Shown here one piece after another: positions 11,877 to 23,550 of a stretch of DNA of 29,691 nucleotides (positions within the stretch are counted from its first letter, which is position 1; each line of letters opens with the position of its first letter). The translations under genes were made by a program, and so were the position numbers. The stretch comes from Welwitschia mirabilis. Lineage: Eukaryota. The notes beneath the pieces are model-generated. The model was given only the letters and a program-made list of their open reading frames with translations, had not been told where the DNA came from and ran no database searches. The stretch spans positions 4,114,123-4,143,813 of the forward strand of contig JBOZIK010000001.1 of NCBI GenBank assembly GCA_051453625.1, in the 5' to 3' direction.

Positions 11877-13040
11877 TTGATATTTAATAAAGGAATTAAG
11901 GCCTTATTAATATATTTAATTAATGATCATGATGATTTTATGAATTTTTTATGCATAAGGCCATGAAAATTCTATTGTACTAATAACCTATCCTAATACT
12001 ATCATTTTGTAGATAAATGCATCACCAAGAGCATTGTGATAGAAGATGGAGTTGTGCTAAACATAACTAGTAGTAGTACACATTATAGGCATAATGGCAC
12101 TAGTTACTTTAAGCAAAACATTGACATACTTATGTTTCTAAGTTCTCTTGATGCAATCAATTCATTCTAACCATTTTTGCAAAAAGAAGATAAATGAGGA
12201 ATATTTTCAAAGAAGAATACCTTAATTTGGCCCCATAACTAAAGAATTATTTTATGTTACTTTAGGAATTCTTTGTAATAACTCCATTAGGCCTTTTAAA
12301 ATCCTAATTACATATCTTAATTATGGTTTATAAATACCCCACCTTTTGTTACTTAGAGGACATCACTTAATATCATAACATTATTAAAAAGATTGGAGAT
12401 TTAGTCATGAGTTCTTTATAATCCTTCTATAGGAATGAATTAGCTACTAAGCTAGAATGATGATTTTTCATTTAGCATGAGTATATTTTAAAGTTATATG
12501 CATTTACTTTTCAGATAATAAAGTGTTATATGTTCTTGGTTCATTATTTTGATATTGAATTATGAATTTGGTAAATCTTATTTTAATTTTATCTTGCATA
12601 ACTTAAATGTTTATTTGATGGATCTTGGTAGATCCCTACTTTTCGTGCTTATTTTATTCTTGCTATGAAGCCTAAGTGACTTGATTATATCACCCTCAAA
12701 TTTATGATGAATGGTCATTGTTCTTGAGGTTGGGCTACATGAGTACTCACGTACATAATGTATTATATGATTATTATTGAGTTAGAAGTAAATATACATG
12801 CTTTTACATTAAGTACTTATGCTTTTTCGTGGATTTATTATGTTACTTTAAATGCTATGTTCCATTCCTAGATCTCACATATCATTTCATTCTCTATTAT
12901 TCATTAGTATAATGCTTGTTTTACTAATAGATTTTTAATCTATTTCTATGGAAGTATAACATTAGAAATATACTACAAATAAAATTCCTAGTCTTATTAG
13001 TAAAAATTAGGTTTGGATATGCAAGATTTGTATTCCTAGA
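11877..13040 (+). mobile_element. Putative LTR (3' LTR of the 8514-11876 element)
   Basis: Begins near TGATATT after the gactagcaaaag junction, with TATA-like tttataaatacccc at about 12327. The 3' motif tttctatggaagtataacattagaaatatactacaa resembles tccctatggaaagaatgacattaggactctactacaa near the end of LTR B. The right end is uncertain by about 30 bp. Confidence 0.45.
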
Positions 13041-13063
13041 AGGATCTTGCTATTTATCATACA

Positions 13064-13585
13064 TTAATAACAAATATAGGTGTAGCCAAATTTTACCATG
13101 AACAATGGGTATTCTTATATATTACATTTATTATAGAAAGGCAGAATGTCATAGTCAAGCATGTCACAGTAGTAAGGGCATTTTGTAAAATTGTGTAAGT
13201 GATCTCTCACATTCTAACACAACTGTAAAGATGAATGAGCTTTCCATTCATATAGTCTTTCATGAATAGTTATCCATTATCATGATAAATATCCACTAAA
13301 TACCTCATCATATAAATAGAATGATCTTCTTGTAATAGAGTTGGAAGTAATAAAAGATGCAACCTCAAAGGAAAAACATATGAAACATATGAAATGGTCT
13401 ATGAATAAATAAATGTCAAGGAAAATTAAGTCATAGCATTCTACAGGAACTAGTATCCTATCTACCAAATAAACATGACTTGGTGCTTCAATAAAGTTGT
13501 TAAAATATTTATGCCAATAAGTCATGTGATGACTTGTACTTGTATTAAAAATCCAAGTCTTATCATGAGGTATTTACTCACTTAT
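13064..13585 (-). pseudogene. Ty1/copia pol relic: protease and GAG-pre-integrase motif
   Basis: Minus strand reads KTWIFNTSTSHHMTYWHKYFNNFIEAPSHVYLVDRILVPVE (copia protease WILDSGASHHMT-type). At 13175-13146 it reads LLL*HA*L*H, a decayed LWHARLGH. Confidence 0.75.
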
Positions 13586-14795
13586 ACTAATAGCATGTTA
13601 AAATTAATATTTAAACCAAGTATACTTGATTAACATAGCTTAGGTTAAGATACTAAATCATCAAGTTTATAATTATGTTTTTGATCATTTTTAATATAAT
13701 TTATGAACTTATGAACTTTTCCATGATAATTTTAAATAACATGTTATTTTTTGGATAATATATCAATATTTAAAAACATTTAAACTAAAAATGCTAGTAT
13801 CATGATCTAACTAATTGTTGTCACTAATCCTTTAAAGAAAAATGTTTTAAGAGTTATGTTTTTAAGTCATCTCGAAAAATCAATAAATTTACACTTATGA
13901 GGTCAAGTATTTATAGCATTAAACTCTAATAAATTATGCATCCATAAAAATTATCAAATTTCCAAGTAAAAATCCTAAAGTATAAACCCCAATGTTGGAA
14001 CCTTAGCTCTATTTTCACTTATAAAAAGGGCTAAGCCCCCTTATTTGTAAGAATATTTTTTTAAATCTATGGATGAAAAAAATGATGGTAATCCCTAGAT
14101 ATTTAATCATTTACATGGATTTCTAAGCTCCTCCTTTAGAAGAAGGCTATCTTTAAGGCTAACTTAGAGAATCCTATATCAGTCTTATCTTATTTAATTA
14201 ATGTAATGTAATTTATACATTTTTATAAAATAGTAGTTATTCATCCTTGATTTTGTGTGTAGTTAATATTGTACTTTTACTAGTTGAATGAAACTATATT
14301 GTTGAGCTTATTAAATCATGGAGCAACTTTCTTGAGTTTATATCTTAGCTATAGTCATCTTGTTTAATAGATCTTGAGCATGTTAGTTCTTACTTCTCAT
14401 GATTACATTAGACTATGAAAGACAAAAGGAATTGTGAAATTTACCAATAGTCATATGATGAATGAGATTATATCATCATAATTTAAGCCATAAAGACTTA
14501 ATAATTTAAATTTCATTTTAGGAATTTGCAAGATATTGTTGAAGTGAATATTTATTTTTAAATAAGTTAGGCTATACATTTGAAGTTAGTTTGTTATTAT
14601 ACTTTGTTCTTATTATAATCTTAATCTTTGATTTTATTTTAAATCATTGTAGGTTAAGAAACTTTTATGTTATCTTTGTTAAGTATTCTACCTTAGTTTA
14701 TCCCTATGGAAAGAATGACATTAGGACTCTACTACAATGAGGATTTTAGGTTATAAATTGTAAAAATTGGACATGAACACATAATAATGAAGTCA
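13586..14795 (+). mobile_element. LTR family B, apparently solo, inserted in the copia relic
   Basis: Colinear homology with the reverse complement of 15235-16750. Examples: ttataaaaagggctaagcccccttatt vs ctataaaatggccttagccccttatt; atgtaatgta...tagttattcat in both. Ends aagtCA at 14795. Confidence 0.75.
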
Positions 14796-15234
14796 AATTT
14801 TTGAAAGACTACATTATATTTAAAAATTTTAACATCATTAAAGGAATTAGATTCTTCAGTGACTATATTTGCCTTAGTTATAGACTTTATCTTATCTTAA
14901 GGAATACTATAAAATTTAGCAAGATGACCTTGTATTTCACATTATAAGTAATGATACTTGTCCTTCTTAAGGATGAAAGTATTTTAAACTTTCTTTTTAT
15001 TTTACTGAGTATCATTGGACTTCTTATCTTGCTATTTTTGCATAGCCTTATTCTTATCGTGATGCATTTCTTTTTGCACATGGGATTTGCTAGCAAACGT
15101 TTATTTTGACAAGGAGAATAATAAGCATAAGAAACTTTGAATGTGGCATTAGAAGGAAAAGATTTCATAAATTTAAATTGAGCTTTAGTGAAAATGAGAT
15201 CCTTACTAAGCATATCAAAAGTTGTATTATTCAA
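14796..15234 (-). pseudogene. Ty1/copia gag C-terminal relic (decayed zinc knuckle)
   Basis: Minus strand CEIQGHLAKFY (about 14940-14908; decayed CX2CX4HX4C), followed by KANIVTEESNSFNDV. This is the expected order immediately upstream of the protease fragment at 13585. Track ORF 14887-15234 is out of frame with these motifs. Confidence 0.55.
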
Positions 15235-16750
15235 TTACTTATTACTATGTAGGGATATAATATAACTATGTGTTCACTATAAAATATGTTATTCATTATA
15301 GTAAAATTGTGAATGTCAAATAAACTGGTAAGGATACATTATTATTATATCATAGGAATATTTGTAGTAAACTAATCAAAAGTGACATAATTATTTCTAG
15401 CTTACAATAAAATCAAACAAAAGAAAAATCAAGTATTTGAGATGTTTTTATGAACTAAGGTAAGTATCATAGGGAGACCAACATGCTTTGGAGATTTAGC
15501 TTAGCTTATCCAATAATCTATGTTCACTTTAATAATTTCTTCTAAGTCCTAAATCATAAACTTCAAATAACCAAGTCATAATGGCTTGGACATGGTGACA
15601 TAATTTTATTCACCACTTGAGTGTTGGTGAATTTAATAGCTAATTCTATTTTTCATAGCCCTTTATAAATGTAGAAAGTAAGTACAACTATTTTTAAGAT
15701 CTATAACATAATAATAACTATAATTAAAAAGTTAAATTTATAAAATTCACTCAGTTCTAAAGATCTTAATGATGTAGTCTCATATAAAGGTTAATAGTAC
15801 ATATTAATATGCACTAAAAATTGAAGAATAAACAACTACTAAAACATTTTAAACAAGAAAGAGTCTTATCTAAGGATTGATAGTACCATGTTAATGTACA
15901 CTAAAAATTGAAGCATGAATAACTATTTCTTTCATTAATTTAAAAATACATTACATGAAAAGAGAAAGATGAAGTTGAAGTGGACTCCTTAAACTAGCAT
16001 CGAATCAAGTCTGATCCTAAACGAGGTGCTTAGAAGTCATTACATCTTGACTCTCTAAGTATTTCCATCATGTTTTATCAATTAAATATTATTTATAATA
16101 AGGGGCTAAGGCCATTTTATAGATGAAGAAAGGCTTTGGAATTTTTGACATGTTGTGGTTGGTGGTAGTTACATAAGAGGATTTATACTTTTGGGCTATC
16201 ACATTAGTAGGAGATTATAAAATTTGACATGTAGCCTTAATAGAGGATTCCTTATCTTCTTACCAATAAGAGGTGATGACATGTCCTTTGAATGATGATG
16301 CAGCTATTACCAGATTTCATGCCATGTGTTTTCCATGTAATTATCGTCATTGCTACCACATGTCACTATGATGGTTTTTTGTGCTCCACCATGTGTCAGT
16401 GAATTTGTAGGTTGAATATGATTTATTATTTAATTGAGAACACAAGTAAAATGTAATGTTTTTTATGTGAGAATATGAGAATTAATGGATACTACCTTGA
16501 ATGAGTAGTGGCGCTAATGACCTAAATAGTAACTCTTATGTTTTTTAATGGAACTTATTCAAATTATAGAATGTTCTTCAAAAAGGAGCAATTAACCTAA
16601 AAATGTTATGAAAAACTTCATAATTTCCTAAAACCTAATAAAATAGTATAAGACATCATTTTAGGATGAAACAAATAATTTAATATCTTTGTTGATGTAA
16701 AATAGATCAAATATACTTACTTAGAATGTTAATTTTTACATGTAAATACA
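15235..16750 (-). mobile_element. 3' LTR (family B) of the minus-strand Athila-like element
   Basis: Starts TGTATTTACA at 16750, directly after the PPT-like gagactagtaaatttttgattaggagg. Homologous to 13586-14795. Contains an internal duplication at about 15795-15930. Confidence 0.75.
15795..15930. repeat. Local direct duplication (about 45 bp core, about 86 bp apart) inside LTR B
   Basis: tagtacatattaatatgcactaaaaattgaagaataaacaacta vs tagtaccatgttaatgtacactaaaaattgaagcatgaataacta. Confidence 0.75.
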
Positions 16751-19700
16751 CCTCCTAATCAAAAATTTACTAGTCTCTTAGGAAAAACTAAATAAAGAAA
16801 TGATAATCATGGAATAATTTTCTAAGTAAAATATTCAAGTATATAAATGATTCAATTTTGAAAAAAATTTGATTAATTTTCAAAAATAAGGCATCAAATT
16901 TTGAAAAACTTTATGAAAAATGAATGTCATACCTCTTAACCAAAATTTAACTTTATATTTAACATTAAAGAGATAAGAAAATGTAATACAATTATTTTGA
17001 GAATAAGTGAAAGTATTTTAAAAAAAATTACATTACATGGATTTTTAATACAATAAGCTAGAAAATCATTTTGATGTAAGAACTTCAAAACTTAAGAAAA
17101 ACTATAATGCAAAAATTCTAAACTAGCATGCAAATATTTTATTATAATATAGTTAAAATCATTTAAAAAACATTATGATTAAACACACTTTAATGCATAT
17201 AATAATATGAAAATTTTAACTAAAAGATCTTCTATAATATGCTAAGTATTCTAATTTTTTATCTGTCTCCTTTTGTTTGCATGTAATTTTCTTCATATTT
17301 TTCCATAGCTTGTCAATCAAGTCTTATGTTTTTGTGATAGTTATTTCAAAAAGTTTCACTAGATGAGGAAGAAAGAAAGTGAGGAGATGGAAAAAGGATT
17401 ACCTTACCCTTATGACAAGTTGTTAGAGGTACATAAGGAGATACACATGGAGGAATGAAACAAATAGAAGATATACGATGATGAATTTCTTTCTCTAATT
17501 ATTAATTTTCTTCTTGTTATTCTTCCTACTACTCTTATTACTACCGTAAGATCCAATTAGTATTATGACATTGTTAAACTTAGGTAATATTACAAGGAGT
17601 AATGTTTTCTATGTGTGATCTCTCCCAACCTTCACAATCTAAAGTTTGGTACAAGGTGTTACGAATGATATTTGAAATAATGTAGGGTAAGAAAATGTTA
17701 ATTTCATCACCTATGTTGTTGATAATGATTCTAAATAATAATTTGATAAGATCAAAGGGATTATTATCCTATATTATCCTAATAAGGTTTAAATGATTGC
17801 TATAAGTGCCAGTAACATGTAGATAAGGAAGGTTGGTTTTTATATAAAAGCTTATATGAAAGAAAACCATTTCTATTGGAAGCATAATCTATATCTAAGG
17901 CATGACAACAATATTCTAAAGTTTTTAGTAAAGTAAAAATAAGGTAGTCTAAATGTTCTACACTCAGACTACTCCAAAATCACCTAATGAAAAGTAAGGT
18001 GCATTATATATGGAAAAGGGTCTTCATTATCAAATATGGCATTTTTATAAAATTCAAGTACTTGATTTAGATAATAAAATGCATTATTCTTCTTCAACAA
18101 GTAGTTCCAAACTTTAATTTTAATTATAATGAAGTATTAAGGAGCAAACATGTTTTGAAGAAAGAAAAAAGTACCATCCTTAATAAAGTTACCTTGTTTT
18201 CCACTCATCTTTTTGAAAAAATTAGCAAGAAAGAAAGAAAAACAGAGAAAGAAATAGAAATAATAGAGATTAAGGAAGTGAATGTAAGAGAAAAATTAGA
18301 AAAAACATAATGAGAATGAGATTACAAAGAATTTTTAATGGAATTTTACAAAGAAAAATAGAAATATACAAAACAAATGTGGTACATAGATTTTAAAAAG
18401 ATGAAGAAACATGTAAGGAGACTATGTGTAGGGGTAGGACATGAGACTGAGATAAATAACAATAGTACTAGTTACAACAACTAGTAGCACCAATTCAAGG
18501 AAAAAAATTAGTGGCTTAGTAGACGTGAGCTTGACTACAACATTAGAAAGGAAATGATCTTATAGGATTAGTAAAAGGATGAATGAAAATGGAAGTTTTT
18601 ATAGATGTGGTGATGAAATGTGACTATTGAATCATCTAAGATAATCAATGATCTAGATGATTTAGATTAAGAATTGGGCTATGGATTAGTAAGTCATTTT
18701 AAAACAAACATAGTTGTGCTTCTTTTGTATATTTTCTCTCATAGAATTATTCTGCTTTATAGAAGACCTAACTTAATGGCTACTTTATTAAAAATTTAGT
18801 ATTTTTATTCTAAATTTAAATGAAACACAATATGAAAAAAAGGGTATATTCTAAGTAAACTTGTAAAAATCCAAAAACTTTTAAGCCAATCTTCAACTAC
18901 TTAAGTTAAATAAAGAATTCACACATGTATCTCCAAATTCCACCTTTTATTTTCATTTTTTTAATCTTTTCGTCAATCACATATATTTCTTGTTTTAAGT
19001 ATTTTGATCAAATTAAGCATATAGTATTATAACATTTTTTTCCAATAGAATTAAGCATGTTATTTTATCTAGAAGAGAGTAATACATTATTAATGAGCAT
19101 TTATAGCCTAATGCAATTAGATATGTCAAAAAAACATCATTAGAGCTACATTACTAGTAAGCGTTCATAGATTTAATGTAGCTAAATAAACCTAATTTTA
19201 ATTGATTAATACATAATGTGCTTTTGAAGAAGAGATAATTTGGTTTCTTTTTATTTTTACCTCTCATATCTGATACTTTTTTCTTTTTTTCACATGAAAT
19301 GGGTCATTGTCTTACTATACTAATCAAGAAAAATCTTGTTTCATAAAATTCTTTAAAAAGATGAAACATAATATAAAGGTAGATTTTACCCTTTTCAATC
19401 AAATTATCCAAATTTAAAGACCTCAAGTGATGCTTACCTTAATAATATAACTCAAAAATAAGTAAAGACTTTTCTTAAAAGATATAAGTAAACTTAAATT
19501 CTACCTAGTTCATAATGAAAAGGTGATCACTTATCAATTGTTTATTTATTATGGCCATCAATTAGGATTATCAAGTCTTAGAAACTCATGGATGAATGGA
19601 AATAGTAAATGGTATATGTATTTGATGAGGTGATTGGAAAATGGAGTAGTTATATCAAATGGTTTTAATATGCAATGATGGTTATGGCTATCAATGTAAA

Positions 19701-20109
19701 AAACATTCTTCAAGATAATTGAAATGATTAGACTTTAGGAAGCACTACCCCAAGGGAGTTCTTCAAACTAATAAGAGTTAGAAGTTTAAAAATATTATAA
19801 TTATGAGGCTCAAAATATTGATGATTTAAAAATTAAGTAGGGTGAATATCATTTTCATGAATAGACTCTACATATACAAGTAAAAACTTTGAAAGATCAT
19901 CAGGGATGCAATGAAAAGAGTTTAAATTTTTAGAGTCAAAAGTATTTTATCATTTTACATTTTTATGATTTTCTAATATATTATTAAAAGGGAATCAAAA
20001 GAATTGAAATCATGATGAAAATAACATCTGTTTGATTCAATAAGAAGTGAATTAATAACATGAATTTTGTAGATAAAATTGGCCTTATTATCATTCTATG
20101 GAAGTTTCA

Positions 20110-20545
20110 TAGTGTTGAAAATATTAGATCCATTATTAATTTAATAAAATAATATTATAATGTAACCATTTTTATAATTAATAAGAACATTTGACATAGC
20201 TAGAAAAGGTCTATTTAAAATAACTAAAACTAAACTATATCTTGTTGCATTTGTTTCTAACATAATAAAATCAACCGAAACGTAACAATTATCAATTCAT
20301 ACCATTATGTCTTCAATAATTCTTAATGATAATATAAATGAATTATCTGCTAAGTGCAATTAAATTTTTCACTTTTTTAAGATTAACAAGTTCAAGTTCC
20401 TTAGAAATTGAATGGAATAAAAGATTACTTCTTACTTCTAAATATAATAAGCCTTACCTAAGATGTCTATCTCCAATTGTGATAGTGATGGTAGGACAAC
20501 TAGGATTTTTATGCTTTGGTGGTATTTGATCTTGAATGATTACAC
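20110..20545 (-). pseudogene. Athila-type retropepsin-like aspartic protease remnant
   Basis: Reads IPPKHKNPSCPTITITIGDRHLR*GLLYLEVRSNLL...RIIEDIMV*IDNCYVSVDFIMLE...VILNRPFLAMSNVLINYKNG. This matches the Athila pattern PPKxKDPGxPTI...ALLDLGASVNL...VEDVLVxVD..FPVDF..ILGRPFLAT. The catalytic DLG is decayed. Confidence 0.88.
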
Positions 20546-20779
20546 TCATTTGTTATGCTAAGAAGATTTTTTTTAACCTTCATATTTTTCTTAATTATAC
20601 ACAAGTCTTTCAAAATGTTTTCATATGAAATAATTTGTTTAATTACATCTAATAGTGACACATTAATTTTTACCTCTTTGAAAACCTCAAAGGCTTCTAA
20701 TTATTTTTTTTTAATGTTTTTATTTCTAAATTATCATGAAAATGGTACATTTTCTTAGTAGTTAACTAAATATTCTTTT

Positions 20780-21352
20780 NNNNNNNNNNNNNNNNNNNNN
20801 NNNNNNNNNNNNNNNNNNNNNNNNNNNNNNNNNNNNNNNNNNNNNNNNNNNNNNNNNNNNNNNNNNNNNNNNNNNNNNNNNNNNNNNNNNNNNNNNNNNN
20901 NNNNNNNNNNNNNNNNNNNNNNNNNNNNNNNNNNNNNNNNNNNNNNNNNNNNNNNNNNNNNNNNNNNNNNNNNNNNNNNNNNNNNNNNNNNNNNNNNNNN
21001 NNNNNNNNNNNNNNNNNNNNNNNNNNNNNNNNNNNNNNNNNNNNNNNNNNNNNNNNNNNNNNNNNNNNNNNNNNNNNNNNNNNNNNNNNNNNNNNNNNNN
21101 NNNNNNNNNNNNNNNNNNNNNNNNNNNNNNNNNNNNNNNNNNNNNNNNNNNNNNNNNNNNNNNNNNNNNNNNNNNNNNNNNNNNNNNNNNNNNNNNNNNN
21201 NNNNNNNNNNNNNNNNNNNNNNNNNNNNNNNNNNNNNNNNNNNNNNNNNNNNNNNNNNNNNNNNNNNNNNNNNNNNNNNNNNNNNNNNNNNNNNNNNNNN
21301 NNNNNNNNNNNNNNNNNNNNNNNNNNNNNNNNNNNNNNNNNNNNNNNNNNNN
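20780..21352. other. Assembly gap (573 N) with duplicated flanks
   Basis: Run of N. 20732-20779 is repeated at 21353-21400 with one mismatch. Confidence 0.98.
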
Positions 21353-22763
21353 TATCATGAAAATGGTACATGTTCTTAGTAGTTAACTAAATATTCTTTT
21401 AAAGTTTTCTCCTTTTTTATTTTCTTTGAGGGTTGGTTCTTCTTTAGATATGTTTTCCTCTAATTATTTATTTATTTCTTTTTCACTCCTAAGATGAATA
21501 ACCAACCCTAGCTTCTTTAATATGATTAGGCTCTAATCATTCTATAAATCTAACTTCTTTATGGTTTATCTATGAAATCATGGAAAGTTTACTAGGTTTT
21601 CTTTGATTCAGAGAAGAGAGAATTTATTAAAGCATTTAGGTATTGGTTTGAATGGTTTATTTGAGATTACTTAAGATAAAGTGATGTTGATTAAGTGTTC
21701 TTTCATGATCATGATTGGTTTGGATTTGGTCATAGTTAATTTAGACTTGGGTGTCCATGAATTTTCTTAATATTTCCTCTAATGAAGTGTATGATAAAGG
21801 TTGTTATGAGTTTAATGATGAAGGAAATAGTATTCTTAGTTAACTAGGATTATTTTGGTGATAGGAAGTGCTTTGTCTCTAAGAAAAGTTAGGATGACTC
21901 CTTCACAAGGCATTGTAGGTATTTGAATAAGGGTTATTTTTACTGTATCACTGATATCTTATGACACTAAATTTTTTTATTTATGGTATTTTGAAAAATG
22001 GATATAAAAGGATAATTGTGTGTTTCATAAGAGTCTAAGTAGTAGATAAGGTATTTAGATATGGAAGTTGGTGATTTTGATGGTATGGGAAAAAGTTCTA
22101 CTATTTACAATAATTGATCTACTTAGTTGTTAATGCCAAAGTTGTGTAGAACCTAAACAATTATAGTAGATGTAATGGATGATTAGGATCTAGATTTTTT
22201 AATCAATTTTTTATAGTTTTTATAACTTTTAACTATTATTTCAATGTAATTTGACACTTTTCCTAGTGGTAAACTAAGGAGACTATCTCTACTCATCATC
22301 TTAACTAGGTATCTATTATTGGTAGATAGTCTATTTAAAATAAGATAATCTCTTTACCTAGCTTAAATGTATTTTGTAGACAATTTTAAAGAAAATCTTT
22401 AAATATCTATAAGGCTTAGAAGAAAGTTTCATGATGTTTTTCTTGGTAATTCATTATCTCTTGGCTTAGAGCATTTGTTTTGTGATAGGATTTTTAGGAT
22501 GTAGAGTTAAGACTTACATTTTTTTTAAAGGAAAATGGAAAAAATGTGAGTCTTAAGGTATTATAGGTGTTGGATTATTATGAAAATATGTATAGCATAA
22601 ATTTAATTTTTTTAAGGTACAAATAAGGGTTTTTATATTCTAAGCCATGAAAGTGAGGTAATAATGGGAATATAAACGGATTAAATTGTAACTTTTATGC
22701 TATCAACAATTAGACTATGTGTGAGTGTGTTTCTAAACATTATGGTTATAATTAGTCATGAAG
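21353..22763 (-). pseudogene. Athila-type gag remnant
   Basis: LLPHFHGLEYKNPYLYLK; TLRLTFFPFSFKK; KTNALSQEIMNYQEKHHETFF*AL*IFKDFL; NNPYSNTYNAL*RSHPNFS* (21938-21879, the Athila NPYSNTYNPGWRNHPNFSW hallmark). Confidence 0.88.
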
Positions 22764-22863
22764 NNNNNNNNNNNNNNNNNNNNNNNNNNNNNNNNNNNNN
22801 NNNNNNNNNNNNNNNNNNNNNNNNNNNNNNNNNNNNNNNNNNNNNNNNNNNNNNNNNNNNNNN
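22764..22863. other. Assembly gap (exactly 100 N, conventional unknown-size gap)
   Basis: Run of 100 N. Confidence 0.98.
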
Positions 22864-22990
22864 ATTGGCCTTCGACGGAATTACGACATTCGGATCACTC
22901 CGTCTATACTAGCGTGTTGTATTTTGCATCTTAATTATAAGTAACAGGATTGAATTTGAATGTGAACTATTGCACAAATACACACCGCAA
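22864..22990 (+). mobile_element. 3' end of LTR family A, CpG-retaining copy
   Basis: gccttcgacggaattacgacattcgg...ctatactagcgtgttgtattttgcat...gcacaaatacacaccgcaa aligns with 2729-2851 gccttcaatggattatgacatttga...ctatattaggtgttgtatttatgcat...gcataaatatgcactgcaa. Confidence 0.8.
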
Positions 22991-23392
22991 TAGTTTTACA
23001 CGTTTATGATCTTAGATTTGATTGTGATCTATATTAACATTTAAAAATTGACATGTATATTAAGTATTTTAGGCTAATGTATTATAAATGAAGACATTAA
23101 TTTAATTAATTTAATTGTAAAACATATTTTCTATTATTTTTAAAATCAAATTTAGTATTATGTTTTTCTCCATGATAATTGTAGATTTTTAGCCATGTTT
23201 TGGAACACATGGAAGAAGATGAACACAATTCTGCTAAAAACAATAGTAGTAATAAAAACATTAGGTGATGATATGTAGCAGTAACATTAGAAGGCATGTG
23301 GAAGAGGCATGTAAAGATGGAACTAGAGACATGTGACAATAGCACTAGTTGATAGAGGAATCTAGCTCCAAAAAACATATGCTAAACTTATT

Positions 23393-23550
23393 ATGATAAA
23401 GATTCTACCTAATGCTATATAAATATCTCTACTAAATACTATAATACAACCTCCACTAAATGCTAAATGATAAAAATTCTACCTAATATTAGATGATATA
23501 ATATTATCTATCTAATAATACAATGAAACCTCTACCAAATGATATAACAA
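23393..23550 (+). repeat. Degenerate minisatellite, about 24-29 bp unit, 6 copies (core TCTACYWAATRMTA)
   Basis: tctacctaatgcta 23404, tctactaaatacta about 23429, tccactaaatgcta 23452, tctacctaatatta 23478, tctatctaataata 23507, tctaccaaatgata 23531. Confidence 0.7.

Larger units (their letters stand above)
15235..22763 (-). mobile_element. Athila-like Ty3/gypsy element (gag + protease, no recognisable RT/RH/INT), 5' part lost in gap
   Basis: Order on the minus strand is gag, protease, unknown conserved segment, 3' UTR, PPT, LTR B. Confidence 0.7.

Noticed and set aside
13582..14818. Possible TTATA target-site duplication around LTR B (13582-13586 and 14814-14818)
   Set aside because: Low-complexity 5-mer. 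Alignment with the sister LTR places the 3' end at about 14795, not 14813.
14887..15234. 115-aa ORF as an intact gene
   Set aside because: It overlaps a frameshifted copia gag relic and begins at an LTR boundary. The knuckle motif is in another frame.
15480..15900. Apparent copia gag N-terminus and PBS (tagtacca)
   Set aside because: The region aligns with LTR B at about 14230-14600, so it is LTR sequence.
20338..20758. Two short + strand ORFs
   Set aside because: Antisense shadows of the minus-strand protease region.
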